Origin: Octopus vulgaris
Taxonomy: Eukaryota
Reading direction: 5' to 3'
Assembly: GCA_951406725.2 (NCBI GenBank)
Contig: OX597821.1
Location: 29,946,001-30,010,000 of the forward strand
Length of the DNA stretch: 64,000 nucleotides
Positions 51,876 through 64,000 of this stretch are shown in pieces (within the stretch, counting starts at the first letter, position 1; every line of letters starts with the position of its first letter). Both the position numbers and the translations under genes were made by a program. Under the pieces are notes generated by a model. That model did no database searches, was not told the DNA's origin, and was given only the letters and a program-made list of their open reading frames with translations.

Positions 51876-52404
51876 GTGCTTCTGTGAAATTTACCACAGT
51901 ATTTCTTTTATTTTTCACTGTTGCTGAAACACTGGGTTACAGGGAGGTAATCACACCGATTCCATTATCTATAACGGTATGTATGTGTGTGTGTGTGTGT
52001 ATATATATCTGCGTGTGTGTGAGGGTGTGTGTGTTTGTATGTGGTCACGGATGAAATATCTTTGATCGTGGATTGCTTTGATTAAGCCAGAAAAGGGTAC
52101 GAAGCAACAGCAAAAAATAAAAAGGAAAATGACAAGAAATAAAGTACAAACTAGCATGTAACTTAAGTGCAAAGCTTATCGAACATGAAAGGGCTTATTC
52201 ATATATAACCTTTGTCACCACGGCCATTACCAAATCCACGGCGACGATGACGACGACGACGCACCACGACCACACCATCACCACCACCATCACCACCACC
52301 ACTTCACCATCGCTGTCACCAACGATAGCAGTAACCGTGACACTACAGAGAACAGCACAGGAGGCTGGAGTGAAAGTGAGTAAAGGAGTAAAAAAAAATG
52401 TCAA

Positions 52405-52880
<476 letters not shown>

Positions 52881-52899
52881 ATATATCAATACATATCAA

Positions 52900-53335
52900 G
52901 CGTAGTCGTGGTCATGTGGTAAGAAGCCTGCTTACCAACCATATGGTCCCAGTTTCAGTCCCACCACGTGGCACCTCGTGCAAATGTCTTCCACTCTAGC
53001 CTCGGGTCCACCAAAGCCTTGTGAGTGGATTTAGTACACGGAAACTGAGAGAAGCCCGTTGCATATATATGCGTGTGTGTATGTGAGTGTATGTGTGTGT
53101 GTGTATCTATGTGTGTGTGCCTTTGCGTCTGTGTTTGTCGTCCCACTATCACTTGTCAACCGATGGTGGTATGTCTATGTCTTCGTGACTGAGAGGTTTG
53201 GCAAAAGACACCGATAGAAGGATTACTAAGCTTAGTAAGAATAAGTCTTGGGGTCAATTTCTTCGGCTAAAATCCTTTCAGGCGGTGCTTTAGAATAGCT
53301 ACAGTCAAATGATTGAAACAAATATGAGAATAAGA
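52900..53335 (+). mobile_element. SINE family A, diverged
   Basis: GTGGTAAGAAGCCTGCTTACCAACC..CCTTGTGAGTGGATTT..GGCGGTGCT. Confidence 0.88.
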
Positions 53336-53337
53336 TA

Positions 53338-53379
<42 letters not shown>

Positions 53380-53390
53380 TTGTGTGTATG

Positions 53391-53433
<43 letters not shown>

Positions 53434-54122
53434 TTGTGTGTATGTATGTGTATATATATATATATATATCTTCACGAATATAGATGTATATATATATATA
53501 CGTATATATATAAGAATTATTCAATTTAGAATATAATGGTGATAATTGAAGTAATTAATTGCTTTTTTTGTAAAGTAGATCTAATGGCTATTTCAAGAAT
53601 AACGCTTAAACTTACAATCGACATTATTTCGATATTGTTCTTAATTGCTTTTAATTCTCAACTCAGTAGAATTTTAAATTTAAACACCTGAAACTATGTA
53701 AGTTCATATTAGGTTGTGTATATGATATGAAAAGAAAAAAAAATTATTTTGTAAGTATGGCAATACAATTAGAGACATAGAGCTGCTGTCTGTAACCTTT
53801 TACATATATAATGTTTATAAAATTATATGATACAAAACACACTCTATACTGCAATGGCCAATAAAATAGGAATAAATTTAAAAAAAAAAAATATTCTTTC
53901 TGACTCCTGGACCCGTATCTAATGATCCACAGCTCAGTATTCGTGCGCGACCCGCTATTTGAGGACCCATGAAATATTAATATAATTAATTATCATTACT
54001 AAGATCCTGTATGGAAGTTCATGCTAGGTGTCACTATCACTTACGACACCCGTTGGCACAAATCTAGACATGGCACTGTAAACCAAGATGAAGCATGAGC
54101 TCTCTCTTTCTCTCTCTCTCTC

Positions 54123-54181
<59 letters not shown>

Positions 54182-54194
54182 ATCTATGTTAGTT

Positions 54195-54395
54195 GGGGGA
54201 AAGTTTACGAAAATAAACAAAAGACGAAGGCAGGTGGTGTACAAACAAACAGATGTATTAGTATAACGCTCAGGAATAGAAAAAGTCTTTACGTTTCGAG
54301 CCTACGCTCTTCTACAGAAAGGTACACAGAAAAAAAACAAGGAGAGAAACAAGGAGAAGAAAAGATGTGTGTAGTAGCTAACAATCTATCATGGC
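54195..54395 (-). mobile_element. PLE-like terminal fragment with a hammerhead-like motif
   Basis: Minus strand CTTT-CTGTAGA-A-GAGC-GTAG-GCTC-GAAAC-GTA-AAG at 54287-54321; same family as 140-262. Confidence 0.68.
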
Positions 54396-54488
54396 ATCTG
54401 ACTATGTATGTATGTATGTATATATACAATCATACATGCATTCAAATATACATACATGCATTCATATATACATACATACATACATACA

Positions 54489-55360
54489 TAGGGTGCGATG
54501 GGTAAATTGTTGCCATTTTATAATTTTAATCTATCGCAGGTACATTGTTTGATTTTGATATTGTATAGAAGGATAAGTTGGACTCCGTCTGTGAGAAAAA
54601 CAGCACCATGACGCAAGTCACCCTGCTGCCAGAAATTTGGAAACGACATGCTGTGTTGCATGGCATTCGCACCGGAAGCTCCAATACGAATATTTCAGAG
54701 TGTTTAGGTGTTAATTTGAGGAGAGTGCAGAGGATTCGAAAAGAGTTAGATGAGTCTAATGGTAATTCCGAAGGCACAGCAGTTCAGAAATCTCACTCTG
54801 AGCGTTCTAATAAGAAGAGAAATCCTGAATTTGTGGATGAGATCCAGGCAATAATTACCAACGACCACTCTAAGTCAATCAAATCCATCTCTAGGGACAT
54901 AGGAATATTCGTGTTTTTTTATCAGGCAGATATTGAATGAAGGCATTCGGCACTCCTCATACATGATGGGAAAGGGCCAGTTTTTATACCAAGCCATCAA
55001 GGACAAGAGGAAAGACCGCGCTATGAAGCTTTTGAACAAGCTGAAGCATCTCCTCCAATCGAACATGCTTTGGTTTTTCTCAGACGAGAACATTTTCTAC
55101 CGGGGTCAGATGGTGAACACACATAACAAAAATGAAATGAAAGTAAGGATTATGGCAGCATTCACCAATTTAAACAAGGAGACGGTCCAGAAGAGTTGCA
55201 GTAGATTCCGAAGTCGTCTGGTTGAAGTCAATGGCGATTTTATTGAATAAATTTACTCTGTGTATTTAGCGTAACTTGGTAAATATATCTGTAAAAATGA
55301 GATGTCAGTGTTATTTTCCTGTTTGCGTAATTTAAACGACAATTTATTCGTCGCATCCTG
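54489..55360 (+). mobile_element. Internally deleted Tc1/mariner element, maT/DD37D-like
   Basis: TIRs AGGGTGCGATGGGTAAATTGT / ACAATTTATTCGTCGCATCCTG; peptides KRHAVL..VQRIRK, LWFFSDENIF, SCSRFRSRLVEVNGDFIE; the catalytic middle is deleted, so the family is inferred. Confidence 0.85.
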
Positions 55361-55453
55361 TATGTATGTATGTATGTATGTATGTATGTATGTATGTATG
55401 GAAATATCTATATATGTATGTATGTATATATATATGCATATATAATAATAAAT

Positions 55454-55690
55454 ATTAGGGAATAAATCCAAATTTACAGGGAAAAATCAGATTTAGGATT
55501 AAATCCAATTTTATAGTAAAATATTATATAATATAATTCGAGACAAAACCACTTTTTGCAAAACAAACAAGGAAAGACTTAATCAATACATAAAAATTTT
55601 AATATAAAGAAATAAACCGCCACTACAATCGTTTCATGTCTTCAATGACATTCGTCAGGTGGATTTTCGATCTCCTAATCTGTTTTTAGT
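55454..55690 (-). mobile_element. PLE-like terminal fragment in a microsatellite
   Basis: Contains the hammerhead below; its terminus matches 91-127. Confidence 0.7.
55620..55662 (-). ncRNA. Minimal type I hammerhead ribozyme
   Basis: CCAC-CUGACGA-AUGUC-AUUGAA-GACAU-GAAA-C-GAUU-G-UA-GUGG: complete core, stem I 4 bp, stem II 5 bp, stem III 2 bp, GUA cleavage triplet. Confidence 0.85.
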
Positions 55691-55797
55691 TATATACATA
55701 CATACATACATACATACAGGGTGCAGCGAATAAATTGTGTGTATGTATTTATGCATGTGTGTATGTATATATGTATATACATACATACCTGCACACA

Positions 55798-55842
<45 letters not shown>

Positions 55843-55843
<1 letters not shown>

Positions 55844-56645
55844 AACTGTCATTAGACTGAGATCATGCTGGGGAACTATCATGAATAATTATAATCGAAC
55901 GAATTGACTCATTATTTTTAAGCCTAGTAATGGAGAATTTTGCCGAATGGCTAAGTTACAATGATCTAAATACAACAATACCACTTGTCAAGCGAAGCGG
56001 TGCGGGAAACACACATACACACAAAGGCACACACACACATATGCACGTACATACATATTTATATAGGGCGAGCTTCTTTCAGTTTCCGCTTATGAAGGTT
56101 TTGGCTGACCCGAGGGTCGAGTAGAAGACACGGATCCTTTCAGTTTGAACGGCAGTTTTTTCTAGCGGTGTCATATGAAATTGTCACCCATAATTATGAC
56201 GCTAGTATCGATCTATTGCATTTCAATCTGTTTTAGCGTTAGGGTTAGGGTTAGCGGTAGGGGGGAAGGGTATCTTTTTTTCTTCACAAATGTAAATAAG
56301 CCCAATCTGTTTCTTAAACGAGGGACATATTCATACGGCACAGAATGTTTTTTTTACCTCAATATACGGTCATTGATTGGTTGAAATTACAGAAATTGAA
56401 GAAAAAAAACAACAAATATCTTACAAAATATAGAATTTTCTCAATAAAGCCAAGAGAAAAATATGTTTTATAAACACATTCCACTAGTATACGAAGTTTA
56501 AAATTTTTTAGTTACCTAGGAATTATGTTAAAAACTGCCGTTCAAACCGAAAAGATCCGAAGACACTTGCCGAATGTGTCATGCTGTGGAACTCATCCCA
56601 GAATCATGCGGGAAGCTTACTGCTTAGTACACAGCCACGCCTGCG
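55843..56645 (-). mobile_element. Old SINE family A copy split by a MITE
   Basis: GTAGAAGACAC|...|GAAGACACTTGCC rejoins the SINE sequence once the MITE is removed. Confidence 0.8.
56132..56558. mobile_element. GGATC-ended MITE (Merlin-like) with a (TTAGGG)n tract
   Basis: 8-bp TSD GAAGACAC at 56124-56131 and 56559-56566; inverted copy of 17924-18349. Confidence 0.95.
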
Positions 56646-57015
56646 CCTCTGTGACACCTTTATTATTAAATATATATACATATGTAAGTGAGGTTACTAA
56701 GTGCATGCTGTGTTATATAACAGTATTACAGCACGTATCTTGATAATCTTCAGTGATTAAACGTCCGTATATGATATATGGTTTAAATGAAATTATAACC
56801 GCATAACTACAGTGTTTCTAGGTTTGACTACTGGAATAGAGGCAGGGAAAGTGACAGAAATTGAAGTAGCAATGCAACCATATATCACGCACTCGTAAGT
56901 ATGACTTGGTAACATATACCTTGATTTTTCGCCCTATATAATCACGAGCAGACATAGATACCGTCTCACTTCCTCACCTTTGACACAGAATATGACAGCT
57001 GGGGAGAGAAAGAGA

Positions 57016-57054
<39 letters not shown>

Positions 57055-57609
57055 GTAGTAGCACGTGAGGGCTATTCATTATAACAGAATAGACTGAAGG
57101 AATATGAGGTGAGGCATCTTGCTCATGGACACAAAGGCCCGCCCAGTCTAGGAACAGAACGCATGTTCTTTTGATCATGAGCCAAATTCACTAACAAGGT
57201 CGCTCCCCCTAACTGAAATACCATGCAAACTGTTATATAACATGATGCTTCCAAATTTATGCAAATGGCGGATATTTGTACAGAAAAGACAAAGTGAAAT
57301 AAGCAAAGGACGGAAGCCAAGTTGTACGCTCTCTAGTAATGAAGATTGTTATTGTTGAATTGCAAGTTAGCCTCTATTCGGTAGATTTATGAGTGGCCCA
57401 ATTGCCAAGGGCATTCTAACCATGAAAGTCGTGGCTTTTTAGAAAAAGGAGGGAAACAAAATATGTGATTTAAAACCCACTTGATAGTGTTTTTGAAAGA
57501 GATTTTGGTCAACCATTTCTTGTTTGTCAAGCGACCATGTAAAAGATTTCTGTCGATGGCCATCTACAAATGGTGGAGGTGGTGGTGGTTAGAATGATGG
57601 CAGTAATGG

Positions 57610-57843
57610 TATAGATGATGATGATGATGATGACGAGGTGGAGGGGGAGGATGAAGTAGATGACGACGAGTATGATGAGGATGAAGAAGAAGATAATGAT
57701 GATGATATGCAGACGATGATGATGTTGATTAGAATCGTAATAAAGACGGCAATACTGGTGATGGAGGTGGTGATGATGATGACGATGATGATGTTGATTA
57801 ACTTCATGATAAAGACGATGACAATGATGATGCTGCTGCTGCC

Positions 57844-57927
<84 letters not shown>

Positions 57928-57952
57928 AATGATGATGGTGATGATGATGATA

Positions 57953-58000
<48 letters not shown>

Positions 58001-58035
58001 GTGATGTTGACTATGACATTCGCGATAATGATGAT
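57610..58035. repeat. (GAT)n trinucleotide repeat with degenerate flanks
   Basis: Direct reading. Confidence 0.96.
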
Positions 58036-58590
58036 GGATGACTGCGATACTGATGCCTGAAAGAAAGAAATGATTCTATTACTAGCCAATAATTTACAAG
58101 AACTCTGGCCAGAATCCATAGAAATAAAGAGATAATGGTAATAATTTTTTTCCCCTCTCTTTTGTTTTGGCTGAATCTACTGTTAGTAGGGTTCATTTAA
58201 TGTATAATTCACCTTCACTTTCTCTTTTCTCACTCATTCTATAGCTCTCTGTCTATCGTTTTCTCTCTTTCTCTCTCTCTCTCTCTATCATTCTGGCAGT
58301 CAGTCTCTTCCCCTGTCTCATTCTCTCTTTTCCTCTGTTATCTCTCTTTATATCTCTCTATCTCTCGATCTCTTTTCATCCTCGTTGCCCTTCACTCTCC
58401 GCATTTGCTTCGCTGAAAGTAAATGCCACAGAGACACTACAGCATTCTAGATAGATAAAAATGATAAGATAGCACACGATAAAAAAACAAAAACAAAACA
58501 AACACAAAACAAAAGACATACACTTTCCATCCATATCATCATCATCGACATCATCACTATTATTATTATTATTATTATCATTATTATTAT

Positions 58591-58651
<61 letters not shown>

Positions 58652-58848
58652 AAAACTTTCTCATAGAATTTTTTTGTCGTACACACAAAAAAAATAATTA
58701 TATAAGATAAATTATAAAAGAAGTTTACTTCGTGACTATACATGAAGAAATAAATAAGTATCGAATAATGTTTGACCAACGTAGTGTATCAAATAAACTG
58801 AATTCTAATAATACCTCCTTTGCAAGCAATAGTAAGCTGATACTTCAT

Positions 58849-58928
<80 letters not shown>

Positions 58929-59089
58929 TATATATATGCATATATATATATATATATATATATGCATATATATATATATATATGCATATATATATATATA
59001 TATTTCTTTACTACCACAAGGCTATATTATACTACATATGCATACTTAATATCGATATACCTAATATATAACGACAGACGAAATATACG

Positions 59090-60232
<1,143 letters not shown>

Positions 60233-60351
60233 GTGCTTTTCGTTATCTGTCGAAGTTATATAATATGTTGCAATTTACTATTATAGAAAAGAATATCGCA
60301 GAATATCATTTATTCTTGTAGATTTTTTTAATTTCTAGTTTCTAGATACGC

Positions 60352-60414
<63 letters not shown>

Positions 60415-60792
60415 CATCTGTGCTAACCACACGCAGCCACACATCTACATACAATTGAATTCAGCTCAGAATTCGTGGTATTTGGTGTAAAGATACCATT
60501 ATATCGTTGATTGTAATACATACGATAAATATGTTCCCGGTGTAAATACCAGTAAGCAGTTTCCAGCAAATAGCCCGATATAACAATATATGCACACAGT
60601 CAGACACACACGCCCACCTTAGCGTACATACACACGTATGTATATATGTGTGCATCTAATGAATGTATATGCAAGAGTGTGTGCGTGTTTGCGTGTGAGT
60701 GTCTGTTTATATATTTAAATCTCCTTAATAACAGCACAATATGTATTAATAAATATTTAAATGGATGAACAAACACACACATATACATACAT

Positions 60793-60837
<45 letters not shown>

Positions 60838-60840
<3 letters not shown>

Positions 60841-61148
60841 TCTTTTACTTGTTTCAGTCATTTGACTGCGGCCATGCTGGAGCACCGCCTTTAGTCGAGC
60901 AAATCGACCCCGGGACTTATTCTTTGTAAGCCCAGTACTTATTCTATCGGTCTCTTTTGCCGAACCGCTAAGTGACGGGGACGTAAACACACCAGCATCG
61001 GTTGTCAAGCAATGCTAGGGGGACAAACAGACACACACAAACACACATACACATACATATATATATATACATATATACGACGGGCTTCTTTCAGTTTCCG
61101 TCTATCAAATCCACTCACAAGTCATTGGTCGGCCCGGGGCTATAGCAA
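60838..61148 (-). mobile_element. SINE family A lacking the head
   Basis: Near-identical to the reverse complement of 42445-42748. Confidence 0.93.
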
Positions 61149-62669
61149 ATATGTATAAACTATAGCTATATGTATAAACATGTATATGTATAAACATAAT
61201 AAATAATAATATATGATAAATAATTTGTTTGAAATTTTTACCGGCATCCTCTCTGTCGCCGGAAATAAACTGCATCGACGCGGTTGCTTTGAAAAATTCG
61301 GATATACAGGCAACTGGTTTACAGGTGAATCTAGTTGTGTGTATATTTGAAATCTAAAGGCTTCCTACTGACGAAACTAGCCTCAGTGAACACTTTTTAC
61401 TGGAATGAGTTAGAAACCATGGCCTGGAAACTAAATTAGTTGGTAAACGCTTTTAATTTTCAACCATTTCGAGAATTTATCCATAATTAGTGGTTTGAGT
61501 CTGCTATTGCTCTTTCTAGCACAAGGCTATTGCACTTTCTAGCACAAGGTATAGTTGTATATGTTTCTGTAGACATATACGATCTTTATAAACACTTGGG
61601 CACATGTATATTTACATGTGGACAGGTATACATATTTGAATGTTTATACATAAGTTATACAGCCTTCATGAACTTAAATGCCTATGGAAAATTCTCGTGC
61701 TATGGTGTGGCCTTGAGCTAAACGTAATGACTTATAGTTACATGCCTACTTCTGACCATATTCATAAAATCTAGAAATGCATAAGCTGAGTAGGAAGATA
61801 TAAAAAAGCACTGATAAGTATTCATAGTTATATACTCTTCTTAATCTAAAACTTCCTACGATACCTAGTAAAAATTTGTTAATGTAAATCAACATTTCGA
61901 CGTTTACGGTGTGACCAATGGATTCACCTCGAAGTATTTTTTAAAAAGTCCTTCAATACAATAAAATTCAGTTTTCTATAGAAAGAAGATCGTTACTTAA
62001 ATATGTCACATACGTTTACGACTTTACATCCTCACCTGAATGAACCGCAAACATTAACAGAATTCCTACAACATACTGAAATAAATCTCCCCACAGTACA
62101 TTTACACTACCTTTATATCAACGTACGACTACGTTTCTTCCTTTAAACACCTTTCCTTCGCAACTACTTTTCTTGTTGGACGAAATGACTTGTAATTACC
62201 CTCACATTGCTCCACTTACAAATAAAAAGTCTTCCAAAAGATCTATAACGCCAATACGTATCAAACTATCTAACAGCTGACTGAAAGAGAGTGAGTAGAA
62301 ATTTTAAGTCACTGTCAATCTCTTTTCTACAGATGCTGCTAAAGTTGTACTCTAGTAAATAGTTTTCAGAAATCTTTCAGTTTAATGTCAAATTCCTCTA
62401 ATATAAAACAAGTTGTATGTATGTATATATGTACGTTTGTATGTATGTATGCATGTATATGTGTATTTATGTATGTGTATGTATATATTTATGCATGTGT
62501 CTCTGGCTGTCTCTCTCTCCCCATACATACATATATATATATATAATTATAATAAAAGGGTTATTTGCAATAAGTTGCTTAAACCACATACCGAAAATAT
62601 TAGAAATAGCAGTCGAATGAGTTACTATTACTATTACTACAAAAATAATTGAATTAATTATATTTCACC

Positions 62670-62716
<47 letters not shown>

Positions 62717-62772
62717 CAACTTAATAAATAAAACATATGCATATATGCATACATATATGTAGTACCTACATC

Positions 62773-62839
<67 letters not shown>

Positions 62840-63891
62840 TATAAAATCTAGTGGGGCATACAATATATTGTTTCTCAGTAGATGTCTCTTGTATTTTCAT
62901 AGTTGGATAGTGTACTTGTTGCGTGCTATACGTTATACAATTTATAAAGTGTTATACTTGGTTATGCTATGCCTATTGTGACATAAATTCATGCAGGTTT
63001 GATTCAATCGTACGGACGCAAGAATTTAAACAGCATCATGTGGAAGCGGCGATGTAATTTCCGAAACATTATTCAAATCCTCTTTGAAATCTCTCACGAA
63101 CCTCTGATGTACAGAAATGTTACCTTATGTTTCCATTAAATTCGGAAGACACTAGATGGATGGTAAAAATCCCCAATTTATACAGTATATCGTTGCAGAG
63201 GTTTTGTAGTAAGGTTTCAAATTATTTCTGTTTCAATCTTGGTATTTTATGTAATTTTGAATTATAAGTTATTCTCTAAAGTTATGTAAGGTTTATAACG
63301 TGTAATTACAGGTAAACCGTCATAACCGTACATACCATAATTGTGAGATATGAATTAATCTTTTCGGATAGCCTGTACATATAATCCAAACGAAATTGCA
63401 TACATCTGCACAAAACTACGACTCGTTAATATCTTCGAATATGCCTGCAGCGACAGCCTTCTCAACCCTGCAGGCTCTGTATCTGACTATCTCTCTTCGA
63501 CGAAATGAAAGCGTTTATTTCATGACACATGACGCCGTCCTTCAAAGAGAAAATTCTGCTGTGAACATGGATTTGGCTAAATTCCTGTCACAGGATGAAG
63601 TTGTTAGCGAAGATGTATCATTGATTCCAAAATTTACTGCTCCAATAAAGAAGCATCTTGGGATATTACCGGACGCTTTTGATGTTTGCTCTTATACTAA
63701 AGATTACAGCTATAGTTACTACTGGATAAATAATACATCTTACTTCAAAATTAGTTACGCGTTGACCTTCTATATGAAGCCGTTGACATGAAAAATGACG
63801 AAGCAACAAATACAAATTTTTAAGGAAACTCGCTAGAAATCTTTTGTGTATGACAGATTCAGATGCCCAAATATTTCCTAGAAATGAAATA

Positions 63892-63915
63892 ATAATAGCA
63901 ATAACAATATTATTG

Positions 63916-63980
<65 letters not shown>
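63892..63980. repeat. (AAT)n microsatellite
   Basis: Direct reading. Confidence 0.97.
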
Positions 63981-63981
<1 letters not shown>

Positions 63982-64000
63982 CAAACTTTTTAAAAAAAAT

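Overview
AT-rich, repeat-saturated eukaryotic (metazoan) DNA, intronic or intergenic. The SINE families and the microsatellite load resemble octopus/cephalopod genomes (inferred, not proven). No intact host gene is supported, and most ORF-track entries are microsatellite translations. Transposon content: several tRNA-derived SINE families, five mariner remnants plus a mariner MITE, a maT/DD37D-like remnant, a pogo-like MITE, three GGATC-ended MITEs carrying telomeric repeats (two with 8-bp TSDs), a decayed Helitron helicase, a CR1/Jockey-group LINE 3' end, a deleted Tx1/L1-clade LINE, and several Penelope-like element (PLE) fragments with hammerhead ribozyme motifs. Most interesting: (i) a chimera of a tRNA/Pol III head and a hammerhead tail; (ii) an intact-looking minimal hammerhead at 55620-55662; (iii) head-to-tail SINE arrays whose units are separated by re-duplicated target sites; (iv) a SINE 3' tail shared with the Tx1-like LINE; (v) a TSD-flanked 560-bp noncoding retroposon. 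All alignments were done by eye, so boundaries of degenerate elements are approximate.
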